The notes below the pieces were generated by a model. The model saw only the letters and a program-made list of their open reading frames with translations. It did not search any database and was not told the origin of the DNA. DNA of 37,138 nucleotides, taken from IMG/VR virus record IMGVR_UViG_3300048762_000194, positions 1 through 37,138 of that record; one strand, given 5' to 3'. The stretch's first letter is position 1; each line of letters begins with the position of its first letter. Shown one piece after another: positions 16,047-24,730 of the stretch. The stretch comes from a virus (taxonomy: Duplodnaviria; Caudoviricetes). The position numbers and the translations under genes are program-made.

Positions 16047-16213
16047 CCCAGGTCGCCACGCAGATAAAGCTCCACGCTTGCCGTCGTCACCCGGCGGATC
16101 TTGTAGCTGATCCGCACGGACACCAGATCGCCACGCTTGACAAGCATGCGCACATTTCGCACGCCACACCCGATCCGCTCCGCTGCATCCTCGTAAGTCA
16201 TCAGTTCGTCCAT
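16025..16213 (-). CDS. Xis/BldC-like HTH protein, antisense to the early operon, probably leaderless
   Basis: MDELMTYEDAAERIGCGVRNVRMLVKRGDL; TGcTACAAT lies 6 nt upstream of the ATG. Confidence 0.75.
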   Translation of the reverse strand: MDELMTYEDAAERIGCGVRNVRMLVKRGDLVSVRISYKIRRVTTASVELYLRGDLGHSAPSS

Positions 16214-16219
16214 GCGGAT

Positions 16220-16294
16220 ATTGTAGCATATTCCTGCAAATTGACAGAAATTCACCCCGTTATTCATGCAGATTCGTGCAAATTGTGGTATAAT
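16220..16294. promoter_or_regulatory. AT-rich divergent promoter region with direct-repeat operators
   Basis: Minus TGcTACAAT; plus TGTGgTATAAT (-10 at 16289-16294) and TTGACA at 16241. Repeats ATTCnTGCArATT at 16230, 16262, 16272. Confidence 0.7.
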
Positions 16295-16330
16295 CTACTT
16301 AGCGAACATCCAGCGCACAAGGAGACATCG

Positions 16331-16690
16331 ATGTTAGGTTGCAGACCAGAGCAGTGGGGCGAGTTCCTGCCAGATGGCCGATGGGTTTCGGCCATCGGCA
16401 CCAACGGACGCTATCGCTACACCATCACCCGGATCACCCCGGCCCCCGCGGGCAGCCACGCTATGCCCGCGAACACCATCGAGCACCAGGCCGGCGGATT
16501 CCCGACCATGGAAGCCGCCCTGGCCGCCGCCCGCGAATATGCGCAGACCGAGCGAGACGGCGCCATCGCCAGCCAGGCATGGCGCCAGGTCCACGGGCAC
16601 ATCGAGGATTTCGCGCCGGCCCGGGCGTATGACGAGCAGTTCGGCGGCTGGATCAACACAAGCCCCGACGTTTGGGAGAGCGGAGTTTAG
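16331..16690 (+). CDS. Hypothetical protein
   Basis: AAGGAGA RBS; 119 aa directly under the extended -10 promoter. Confidence 0.7.
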   Translation: MLGCRPEQWGEFLPDGRWVSAIGTNGRYRYTITRITPAPAGSHAMPANTIEHQAGGFPTMEAALAAAREYAQTERDGAIASQAWRQVHGHIEDFAPARAYDEQFGGWINTSPDVWESGV

Positions 16691-16767
16691 GAGCGAGGCG
16701 GGGGGCAGTCCCCGCCACCGTCCAAAGGGGGCCAGCCGGTGTGCCGACTGGCCCCTGGAGACGAACT

Positions 16768-16956
16768 TTGAACGCACTCGACGCCTACATCATCGCCCGG
16801 CACGTCGCCCCAACAGACCTGATCATCCTCGGCATGTTGCTGGGCGCCGCCGCCGCCTTCGCCGCCGCCGCCTGCCATCTCCGCGCCGACAGGTCTGCAG
16901 ACGAGCGCTGGCAGGGAGCCTGGCGCCACATCCTGACAGGAGACGATATCGGATGA
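16768..16956 (+). CDS. Small membrane protein
   Basis: GGAG RBS, TTG start, one hydrophobic helix, ATGA coupling to the next gene. Confidence 0.5.
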   Translation: MNALDAYIIARHVAPTDLIILGMLLGAAAAFAAAACHLRADRSADERWQGAWRHILTGDDIG

Positions 16957-17231
16957 GAGACCTTAGCGTCCCGGCCTACTTCCACGAGTTTTGGATCTCG
17001 CCCCATCTCCATGGCGGGATCGAGAGATACCTCAACGATCATATCGCTCCGGGAGCCTTTCTCCTCGCCGTACTCGAAAACAACCTCAAAGTGGCTGTCC
17101 TCACCGCAGACGCAGACAGCCTCGAGAGCCTGGCCGGCATCGTTTTCTGGCTGCGCGAGGAATCCCCGGGCGCAGCATACGGCAGCTCGGCCAATGTCGC
17201 CGCATGGCTCGCACGAAGGGACGGAACATGA
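16953..17231 (+). CDS. Phage hypothetical protein
   Basis: AGGAG RBS; PGAFLLAVLENNL..A...AD...YGS..NV..W pattern, recognised as a recurrent phage motif. Confidence 0.7.
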   Translation: MRDLSVPAYFHEFWISPHLHGGIERYLNDHIAPGAFLLAVLENNLKVAVLTADADSLESLAGIVFWLREESPGAAYGSSANVAAWLARRDGT

Positions 17232-17923
17232 AACGAGAATTTTTGATCGAGCGCCAGGGCAAGGTTTTCGCCCTGTATGCCGGTCTGCTTGACGAGGCGC
17301 ATCAGCATGGCCTCTCTGGGATCACTACCGCCCTGGTCCAGATCCCGACCCCCGAAAACGGGAACATGGCGATTTGCCAGGCCGTGGTAACCATGGACGT
17401 CTGGGACGACGAGCACACCCAGGCATGGCGCCAGCGAGAGTACTCCGGACTGGGCGATGCCAATCCGGCAAACGCAGGGAAAATCGCCGGAAACGCCCTG
17501 ATCCGCATGGCTGAGACCCGAGCGAAGGCCCGGGCCCTGCGTGACGCGGTAAACGCTGGCGCCGCCTGCGTTGACGAGCTGCCGGACGACGACCACGAAA
17601 CCCCGGACCCGCCCACCGATCGTCCCCGCCAGCCTCAGCAAGGCCCCCGCCCGAATCTGGCGCCAGCCGCTGCTGCGGGCCCCCCGACGCCGAACGCAAA
17701 AGCGGGCCCGGCCCCCACGCTGGACCTCGCCGGGCCGAAGGGGATCGCGATCAGCCTGGTGATACCCTGGCTCAAAGCCGCCGGTTTCAACCAGCCCGAG
17801 ATCGTTGAGCACATCCGCAATCTGACGACTGCGAAAGAGGACGCCGACGCCATCGGGCTGCTGCAGTCTCTCTGCGCTGATGTGATAGCCGGCCTTGTCA
17901 AGCCGCAGAAATCGTCGAAGTAA
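17228..17923 (+). CDS. Erf/Rad52-like single-strand annealing protein (putative)
   Basis: YAGLL...AICQAVVT...YSGLGDA...RMAETRAKARALRDA, followed by a Pro-rich linker. Confidence 0.6.
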   Translation: MKREFLIERQGKVFALYAGLLDEAHQHGLSGITTALVQIPTPENGNMAICQAVVTMDVWDDEHTQAWRQREYSGLGDANPANAGKIAGNALIRMAETRAKARALRDAVNAGAACVDELPDDDHETPDPPTDRPRQPQQGPRPNLAPAAAAGPPTPNAKAGPAPTLDLAGPKGIAISLVIPWLKAAGFNQPEIVEHIRNLTTAKEDADAIGLLQSLCADVIAGLVKPQKSSK

Positions 17924-17929
17924 CCACTC

Positions 17930-17956
17930 ACCCGGGCGGCTCATCACCGCCCGGGT
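17930..17956. other. GC-rich hairpin after the annealing-protein gene
   Basis: acccgggcgg-N7-ccgcccgggt, perfect 10-bp stem, no U-tract. Confidence 0.45.
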
Positions 17957-17972
17957 AGAAAGGATCTCCCAG

Positions 17973-18506
17973 ATGCTCGCCTTGCGAATTTTCTACCACA
18001 ACGCCCGAGCCGCTTTTGCCCTGCACGCCTGCATTTCCGCGTGCGAGACCGCCCGTCGCGAGCGCCAACATCCCCTCGACGTGACCCGGTGGGACATCGC
18101 CGCCGGGCGCCACTCGGCGAGCTATATCTATCACCAGTCCCGGGCGCTGGCGCTCATCATCGAGCGAGACGCCCGCCTCTGCCGCCGCTGTGTACGCTCC
18201 GTCCGCATCCGCGAGTGGAGGCCCCAACTTGACGCCGAGTCCTGCGCAGAGCGTGCTCCGGGCGTAGCACCCAGCCCGGTACGGCGTCAAGGCCGGCCCC
18301 CGCAGGGCACGTCCCTGCGGGGCTGGCAGTCCCACGCTGAATGGACGCTCCTCGGCATGATCGGCCTCGGCGTCGCCAGTATCGGCGGATCTATCCTCGA
18401 GCAGGTCGGCCACGTCGGCATCTGCAGCTATCCATTCGCCGCCGGCGCCGGAGCGCTCCTGGCCTTGGGGATCTCCTGGCTGGTATCCAAATGCGTATCC
18501 AGGTAA
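17973..18506 (+). CDS. Hypothetical protein with two C-terminal TM segments
   Basis: AAGGA RBS; fills the operon; hydrophobic C-terminus. Confidence 0.45.
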   Translation: MLALRIFYHNARAAFALHACISACETARRERQHPLDVTRWDIAAGRHSASYIYHQSRALALIIERDARLCRRCVRSVRIREWRPQLDAESCAERAPGVAPSPVRRQGRPPQGTSLRGWQSHAEWTLLGMIGLGVASIGGSILEQVGHVGICSYPFAAGAGALLALGISWLVSKCVSR

Positions 18507-18907
18507 CCATATCCGACCAACTCCGCGCCATTGCCCGGCGCGACTGGCGACAAACCCTCGAGGGCGTCAAGCAGCCCGACGCCCTCGATTTCGACGGCCA
18601 ATCGGCCTGTGACCGACTCGACGCCATCATGGAGTGGACCAGGTCTAACCCCGTCGCCCAGGCTCTCCAGCGCCTCACCGAACATCAGTGGTCAGTGTGC
18701 AACCAGTTCGCCACCATCCCGACCAGCATCAGCCGGGCCGGCCAGGTCCGGATCGGCATCCCCGAGGAAGTGGGCGCCTGGCTCGACCGGTTCGACCACT
18801 CCCCCCGCCCAATCGAAATTATCGAGTTCGAAATAGATTACGACTGCTCCCGCGCCCCCCGGGAGCAGGTCCACACCATGAAGATTGTTGAGGATGAAGA
18901 TGAGTGA
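18491..18907 (+). CDS. Hypothetical protein
   Basis: MRIQVTISDQL..., 138 aa, coupled overlaps with neighbours. Confidence 0.6.
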   Translation: MRIQVTISDQLRAIARRDWRQTLEGVKQPDALDFDGQSACDRLDAIMEWTRSNPVAQALQRLTEHQWSVCNQFATIPTSISRAGQVRIGIPEEVGAWLDRFDHSPRPIEIIEFEIDYDCSRAPREQVHTMKIVEDEDE

Positions 18908-19109
18908 CTACTACGTGGTGATTGACGAGGACGGAAACGAGCGGCTCGGCCTGTATAGCACGCCCGAGGCAGCGGCTGCGAGCTTAGGCCTCTGGAGAGA
19001 GCGCGAGCCCGGGCAGAAGTTCCGATTGATTCCCTTCCGCGGTGGCGGCCGCAACCACCTGGCCGCCATGGACAGCGTTCCCGATCCGCTCGCGGAGGTG
19101 GCGAAATGA
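18900..19109 (+). CDS. Hypothetical protein
   Basis: GAGG RBS, 69 aa, ATGA overlap with the next gene. Confidence 0.6.
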   Translation: MSDYYVVIDEDGNERLGLYSTPEAAAASLGLWREREPGQKFRLIPFRGGGRNHLAAMDSVPDPLAEVAK

Positions 19110-19357
19110 CAGACCTTGAGCGTCTCGGTTTCAGACTCAGCACAGCGGCGGCATCGTCCAGCACTACTAACCGGCCTGAATATCTCAACTACTTGATGGA
19201 TATTGTCCACGAATACCAGCGCATCTATTGTCAGCAGGCCGACGAATCGGACATGCCGCCCGGAATGCTCAGAGGCCCCCGCCCGCATTTTGCTGAGGAC
19301 GGCAGAGTCTCTTACCCAGAAGTTTCGTTGTATCCAACCTTGGAGACCCAACCATGA
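19106..19357 (+). CDS. Hypothetical protein
   Basis: GGAGG RBS, 83 aa, ATGA overlaps on both sides. Confidence 0.6.
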   Translation: MTDLERLGFRLSTAAASSSTTNRPEYLNYLMDIVHEYQRIYCQQADESDMPPGMLRGPRPHFAEDGRVSYPEVSLYPTLETQP

Positions 19358-21693
19358 TCACATCCGTCGACTCCCCACCCCTGCTCCCCAGCCCGGACGT
19401 CGAAGCCGAAAAACGCCAGGCCGTCCTCAAGATGCTCCGCGACCGTGCCTTCGCCGCTGATGCATCGGATCTACTCTCCGTGGCAAAAGCGCTCGACATC
19501 ATCCTCCGAGAGCGCGCCCTGGCCGCTCCGGACACCGATCGCAACCCGGCGCCCGCCGATCTGCTTGCTCAGCTCATCAGAATCCCCGAGTCCCTGGCGG
19601 CGGATGCTCTCCAGGGCCTCTGCCAGTCCGGCAAAGCCGAACGCACCCGGGCCGGCTGGTATCGCTGGAAAGGGCCGCTCCCCGACGCCGTCAAAACCGT
19701 CGCCGACTGGGAAGCAACCGAAGCGAACCAGAAACATTCGGCCCCGAATACGCCCGCTCCTGAGTCCACACCGGTCGCTGTCCTCATCCCGATCAACCGG
19801 ATCGAGCCGTCGCCCTACCAGGCCCGGGGGGTGTTCGACGACGAAAAACTCCAGGCCCTGGCGGAGAGCATCCGCCAGCACGGCATCATCGAGCCGCTGG
19901 TGGTGCGCATCGTCGGCCAGGATGAGCGCAACCCCCGTTATGCCCTGCTGTGCGGGGAGCGCAGGCTGCGAGCTGCCAAACTCGCCGGCGTCACGCAGGT
20001 GCTTGCCATCAGTCTCGGCCGCATCAGCGACCGAGAGGCTGCCGAGATCGGAGCGGTCGAAAACCTTGAGCGAGAGGACCTTAACCCAATCGAGACTGCC
20101 CGGGCCTACCAGGCGCTCAGCAAGCTCGGACTGAAACAGGAGCAGATCGCCACTCGCACCGGATCGAGCCAGGGCCGGGTGTCCAACACGCTGCGCCTGC
20201 TCAAGCTCCCCGACCAGGTCCAGGCCATGGTCTCGGATGGGAGCCTGTCTCAGGGCCACGCCGAATCCATCTCCCGGACGGAACTGGCTCCCTGGCCACG
20301 CATCCAGATCACCCTCGCCGATCTCGCCCTGTCCGGCCGGCTCACTGTCCGGGCGCTCGCCGGGGGCTGGGAGACCATGCCCTGGTATGAGCTCACGCAC
20401 GGCCCCGGCGCCCCAGCCTGCGACATCGATCAGGATGCCGTGTTCGACCGCCAGATATGCGAGACGTGCCCTCACGGCGCTCTCCTCAAGATCGATCAGG
20501 CGCATACCTACCCCCGCCGCTACTGCCTGCGCCCCGAGCATTTCGAGGAGTTGTCAGCCCTGGCCCGGGTGGAAAATCTCCGCCTGGCCACCGAGGCGGA
20601 AGCCCGCCGCCGCGTCGCTCAGTCCTCCAACCCGGGCATCCCGGTCTCGCAACTCACCCCTGCTCAAACTGCACCAATTCCGCACCAATCCTGCACCAAT
20701 CCTGCCCCGCCTGCCGACTCGTCCCTGTCGGATCTCGCTTCTCACTCCTCTCCCCTCACTCCTGCCGAACCGGCCCCACTCCGCCTGAAAGAGATGTCCG
20801 GTCTCGACTACGAGATCATCCGTTCCACGTCCCCGGCATGCTGCCAGGCCGGAGAGTGCCAGTGCCATCGCACGGCCCTGGACCACAAGGACGCCCTGGT
20901 CCACGTCTGCATCGACGCCGCCCATCGCCTCGCCGTGATCACCGCCGAGACCAAGCGCCGAAAGGTCGCCAACAAGACCAGCCTCGAGTCGGCTCTTGAC
21001 GCCTGGCGCCAGATCCGCACAGGAGAGATCGACCCCGGCCTCGTCGCACGCCTGGCGTTTAACAGCGTGCTGCTGTCTCCTGTCGCCATCCGCCGCCAGG
21101 TCGCAAGTCGTCTGGACGCTTACCCCGAGGCGCGCGATCTCCTGGTCGGCTCGGCGATGGGATCCGCATCCAGAGCCGAGGAGCAGATCCACCGCTGGGC
21201 GATCGCAGCTACCATCCCCGCCGGTCTCCTGCTCGACGTGGCAGCCGAGATCAGCGCCCGAGGCGAACAGTCTCAGATCAACGATAACAACCGCGGCATC
21301 GGCACAAACGAGGTGCTCACCTGGATGCAGCGGTGCGCCGAATCGCCCGGGGAGCAGCCACAACCCGCCCCGCAGCCAGCGACCGTCCCAGTCAACTGGA
21401 CAGCCGCCCTGGCCACCGAGTGGGAGCGCATCAAAGCCGCCAAAGACGAGGCAGCGGCCGACGCGATGGAAGGCGAGTTGCTTGACGCCTACCGGGCTAT
21501 ATCAGGCAAGTCTCCCCAGCCCTGGCGGGCAAGAAAAAACGAACCGACTCTAACGCCAGCGATAGACGCCATGCGGGAAGCATCCGGCCTGCGTGGAGAT
21601 CCGGACCCGATCGTCTACTGCGAGGATTGCGCCGTCACCCCTGTCGCGGAAGGCAGCAAGTGGTGCAAGCTCTGCGGAATCGGGAGATCCTGA
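19354..21693 (+). CDS. ParB/Spo0J-family protein with N-terminal wHTH and long Cys-rich C-terminal extension
   Basis: SPYQAR..FD..L..LAESIRQHGIIEPLVVR, GERRLRA, ENLEREDLNPIE, HTH VSNTLRLL; several Cys/His clusters. Confidence 0.9.
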   Translation: MITSVDSPPLLPSPDVEAEKRQAVLKMLRDRAFAADASDLLSVAKALDIILRERALAAPDTDRNPAPADLLAQLIRIPESLAADALQGLCQSGKAERTRAGWYRWKGPLPDAVKTVADWEATEANQKHSAPNTPAPESTPVAVLIPINRIEPSPYQARGVFDDEKLQALAESIRQHGIIEPLVVRIVGQDERNPRYALLCGERRLRAAKLAGVTQVLAISLGRISDREAAEIGAVENLEREDLNPIETARAYQALSKLGLKQEQIATRTGSSQGRVSNTLRLLKLPDQVQAMVSDGSLSQGHAESISRTELAPWPRIQITLADLALSGRLTVRALAGGWETMPWYELTHGPGAPACDIDQDAVFDRQICETCPHGALLKIDQAHTYPRRYCLRPEHFEELSALARVENLRLATEAEARRRVAQSSNPGIPVSQLTPAQTAPIPHQSCTNPAPPADSSLSDLASHSSPLTPAEPAPLRLKEMSGLDYEIIRSTSPACCQAGECQCHRTALDHKDALVHVCIDAAHRLAVITAETKRRKVANKTSLESALDAWRQIRTGEIDPGLVARLAFNSVLLSPVAIRRQVASRLDAYPEARDLLVGSAMGSASRAEEQIHRWAIAATIPAGLLLDVAAEISARGEQSQINDNNRGIGTNEVLTWMQRCAESPGEQPQPAPQPATVPVNWTAALATEWERIKAAKDEAAADAMEGELLDAYRAISGKSPQPWRARKNEPTLTPAIDAMREASGLRGDPDPIVYCEDCAVTPVAEGSKWCKLCGIGRS

Positions 21694-21872
21694 TGGCCGC
21701 TAAACATGACTGGATCATCGTCGAGCAGGCAGACCTGTCCTTTCACTGCCTGCGCTGCGGCCGGTCAGCCGCACTGCGTCCGCCGGTTGATGCCGAGGTC
21801 TACGTCGCCACCGGCAAGCAGTTCGAGCGCATCCACCGCCGCTGCGAGGTGCGAGAGGAGACCCCCCCCTGA
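21693..21872 (+). CDS. Small zinc-finger-like protein
   Basis: HCLRCG...HRRC; GGAG RBS; TGATG coupling. Confidence 0.6.
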   Translation: MAAKHDWIIVEQADLSFHCLRCGRSAALRPPVDAEVYVATGKQFERIHRRCEVREETPP

Positions 21873-22285
21873 TGCCAATCCGGCCTGAAATGCGCCATCT
21901 CTACCCGCCAGACTGGCCGCTCATCCGCAAACGCATCCTCGCCCGTGCCGGCAACCGGTGCGAGCGGTGTGGGAAGCCCGGCGGCGTCACCGTCGAAGCC
22001 GTCTTCGGCGGTCGCTGGCGTGACAGCGACCTGGATCCGACCGGATGGCGAGACTGCAACGGACGCCCATGCCCCGCTCCGGACCCGGACGGCACAGACC
22101 ACTGCGTTCGCGTCGTCTTGACCATCGCCCACACCCCGGATCGAAACCCGGCCAACTGCGATCCGGCCAACCTGCTGGCACTGTGTAGCTATTGCCATTT
22201 CTCTCTTGATCGGAGCCAGAACATCATCACCGCCAGGCGCAACAGATTGCTGCGAGCAGGGCAGACCACACTGCCAGGCTTTTGA
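21872..22285 (+). CDS. HNH-like endonuclease
   Basis: YPPDW..IR..IL.RA..RCERCG...LTIAH...NC..ANL.ALC.YCH. Confidence 0.8.
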   Translation: MPIRPEMRHLYPPDWPLIRKRILARAGNRCERCGKPGGVTVEAVFGGRWRDSDLDPTGWRDCNGRPCPAPDPDGTDHCVRVVLTIAHTPDRNPANCDPANLLALCSYCHFSLDRSQNIITARRNRLLRAGQTTLPGF

Positions 22286-22299
22286 AAGGAGCAACACCC

Positions 22300-22734
22300 A
22301 TGCCCCCCAAACCCCGGATCTACCTCGCCGCCAGGTACAGTCGGCGTGACGAGCTCTGCCTCTATCGAGCGGATCTCGAGTCGCTGGGATACTGCGTGGT
22401 TTCCAGGTGGCTCAATGGAAACCACCAGATTTCCGACGATGGACTGAGCGTTGAAGGCTCCGAGGCTGAGAGACTGCGATTCGCCTCTGAGGATTGGTCT
22501 GACCTGCTCGGGTCTGATATTTGCATTAGCTTCACGGAGACCCCGCGGAACACTCATAGTCGCGGTGGCCGGCATGTCGAGTTCGGAGCGGCCTTGGCGC
22601 TGGGAAAACGGTGTATTATCGTCGGACCCCGCGAAAACGTATTCCACTGCCTCCTCGAAGTTGAGCGTGCAGATTCGTGGCCAGCCGTCTTAACCGATCT
22701 GCAGCGCACAATCGAGAGAGAGGAAAGAGGATGA
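22300..22734 (+). CDS. Nucleoside 2-deoxyribosyltransferase-like protein
   Basis: RIYLAA, EDWSDL..SD, GGRHVEFGAALALGK (catalytic-Glu motif). Confidence 0.7.
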   Translation: MPPKPRIYLAARYSRRDELCLYRADLESLGYCVVSRWLNGNHQISDDGLSVEGSEAERLRFASEDWSDLLGSDICISFTETPRNTHSRGGRHVEFGAALALGKRCIIVGPRENVFHCLLEVERADSWPAVLTDLQRTIEREERG

Positions 22735-23144
22735 TGGCCGAATTGCCGTCTCTATCTCAGGACAGACCTTGGATCGTCGCCGTTCTTGACGCTGGGCATC
22801 CTGTAGAAACCGCAAGATGTGCGGAGAAGCGGGCCGCGTGCGTGCTTGCAAGTGCGATCCATTGGTGCTGGGGTCTCAAAATGCAGCTCTGGGAAAAGCA
22901 AGGGGCAGAGCCATCCAGGCTGATAGAGACGTTCCCGTCCGCCCTGCAGGTAACCCCGGCGAGCGGCCCGCAGATCGTGGCCGCCGGGGCATCCATGCGG
23001 GCCGCTCAGCGCGCATTCTTCAGGAGTCGGGATCTGGCGGACATGGCCGAAGCGCAGCGGTTAGAGAGAGCCTTCGACGCGATGCTCGCTACATGGGATG
23101 AGATGCCCCGCACGGCGTGGCCTGGCCAGCCTACTCTGTTTTGA
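22731..23144 (+). CDS. Hypothetical protein
   Basis: Purine-rich RBS, ATGA overlap; C-terminal MRAAQRAFFR...LERAFD helix pair. Confidence 0.55.
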   Translation: MMAELPSLSQDRPWIVAVLDAGHPVETARCAEKRAACVLASAIHWCWGLKMQLWEKQGAEPSRLIETFPSALQVTPASGPQIVAAGASMRAAQRAFFRSRDLADMAEAQRLERAFDAMLATWDEMPRTAWPGQPTLF

Positions 23145-23151
23145 GAAGCCG

Positions 23152-23619
23152 TCACTCCTGCCGAGCCACCATCATCGACAGATGTGCTTCCCCGCCGTTG
23201 AAATAGCCGGTCAGGTCGGCCAGGCGCCGCATTAGGAACAGCCCACGCCCGTCCTCAGCGAGAGGGTCTGGAGCGGGGCGCACCAGCTCAAATCGCTCTG
23301 TCTGGTAAACCGATACCATCTTCACCCGGCTCGCGGTCGTGTCGAAGTAGTATCGCAGCCAAGCCCCCCGTGTGTATTTCTGGAAATTACTCGCCAGTTC
23401 CCCCCACACGAACAAACAGGTCACCGCTGCAGCCTCGTCTACTTCGGATCGCGTTAGCAGCTCCCGCAGAGGATCCTTCGCCCGGGCCGTGAAGTCTTCA
23501 ACGGTTTCCCCGGGGATCCGGAGCACTTTCCCGGTCGCCACCTGCAGATCGCTCGCTCGCAGGATCTTAAGACCGTGCGACGTGAGACGCGTTGGGTGCA
23601 GCCGGATCGATGCTTCCAC
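23152..23619 (-). CDS. RsbW/SpoIIAB-like (HATPase_c) protein, degenerate
   Basis: N-box-like GELASN and G2-box EDGRGLFLMRRLAD; no DxG G1 box; AGGAG RBS. Confidence 0.65.
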   Translation of the reverse strand: MEASIRLHPTRLTSHGLKILRASDLQVATGKVLRIPGETVEDFTARAKDPLRELLTRSEVDEAAAVTCLFVWGELASNFQKYTRGAWLRYYFDTTASRVKMVSVYQTERFELVRPAPDPLAEDGRGLFLMRRLADLTGYFNGGEAHLSMMVARQE

Positions 23620-23631
23620 GTGGATCTCCTG

Positions 23632-24171
23632 TCAGGGAATGGATGGAACAACAAATGAGTAATCGCTCTGCTCGAGGATCCAGATGAGCGGCAAGCGCGG
23701 CACACAGCCCCCGCCCCCGTGGCTCTCGATCGTTCGGCCGTTGAACGTAAACCAAACGTGCCTGTCCCCGGGCCGCCCCACCATCGCCGCTCTCTCTGCA
23801 GTCAGGAAGTGGATCCGGAGCACGTTATCCTGCGCCGTCGCCCCCGGCTGGTAGCTCTCTCGCTCCAGGCCCGAGTCGATGCACCACTGGAGCTGCGCTG
23901 CCGACCCGTCCGGCATGATCACAGCCTGTCCGCTCGCCTTGGCGACCAGGTAGCGAGCCAGCCCAGAGCAGTCGATCTGGGCGATGTCCGCGCTGTCGCA
24001 CGTAAGAGACGGCGCCTTCGCCCCCATCTCATACGTCACGCGTCCCACCATGTGAGCGTACGTCTCCCGGAGCACCGTCCGGTTAATTGGTCTCATCATA
24101 GCATCCCCAACCACCAAGTTCGGCCACATCACCCCGGCCACGGGACATCCAGCCCATAGCACCGCCCGCAT
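23632..24171 (-). CDS. Endolysin, NlpC/P60-type peptidase (alternative start 24099)
   Basis: YEMG...IDCSGL (catalytic Cys), RHVW (His), TIES. Confidence 0.8.
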   Translation of the reverse strand: MRAVLWAGCPVAGVMWPNLVVGDAMMRPINRTVLRETYAHMVGRVTYEMGAKAPSLTCDSADIAQIDCSGLARYLVAKASGQAVIMPDGSAAQLQWCIDSGLERESYQPGATAQDNVLRIHFLTAERAAMVGRPGDRHVWFTFNGRTIESHGGGGCVPRLPLIWILEQSDYSFVVPSIP

Positions 24172-24175
24172 AGCC

Positions 24176-24730
24176 TTAGCCAGGCGGCGGAGCAGCCGGG
24201 ATCGACTCCAGTCCGGCCGGAGCCTGCGCTGGCTCCGGAGACGATTGAGTGCCGGTGCTCACGGGCGCGTGGACCAGGTTCTGAGGGTTCAAGATCTGGA
24301 TCAAAGTCTGTGAGAACGGCGAGAGGAAGGCTGTGGTGTTCCCCGCGGGGATCAGGGGGGTCACGTGGCTCAGAACTTCGCCTGCGAGGGCGGACTTCTC
24401 AGGCCCGAGCCGTCCCTGCAACCAATTTCCAAACTGGCTCCCGAGCAGCGCCATACAAAGGGCGCCGATCATGTTGCTGTTCATTTTGCTGTTCATTTCC
24501 CAGCCTCCTGTTTCCGGCTGTGCCGGCGTTGTTTGGGTCTGTGCGCCCCCTGTTGAAATTTGTGTGACCAGCGGCGCCAGGCTGTGCTCCATCCCGGCCG
24601 CCCCTACCAGGATCGACATGCACCAGGCCGGCACGTGGATCCCCGTGCCCGGAATGGCGGAGAGGATGCCCGCGGCCGCGCTGGCTGCGATGTAGGCCAT
24701 GGCTCTGATCTGACTGCTGGTCGGTCTCAT
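24176..24730 (-). CDS. Holin-like membrane protein
   Basis: Two to three hydrophobic segments, directly upstream of the lysin; ATGA overlap with the previous gene. Confidence 0.5.
   Translation of the reverse strand: MRPTSSQIRAMAYIAASAAAGILSAIPGTGIHVPAWCMSILVGAAGMEHSLAPLVTQISTGGAQTQTTPAQPETGGWEMNSKMNSNMIGALCMALLGSQFGNWLQGRLGPEKSALAGEVLSHVTPLIPAGNTTAFLSPFSQTLIQILNPQNLVHAPVSTGTQSSPEPAQAPAGLESIPAAPPPG

Noticed and set aside
23612-23627. parS site for the phage ParB (gcttccacgtggatct; half-site cgtgaaac near 8007)
   Set aside because: Only 12/16 match to the canonical palindrome, single copy, and overlapping a start codon.
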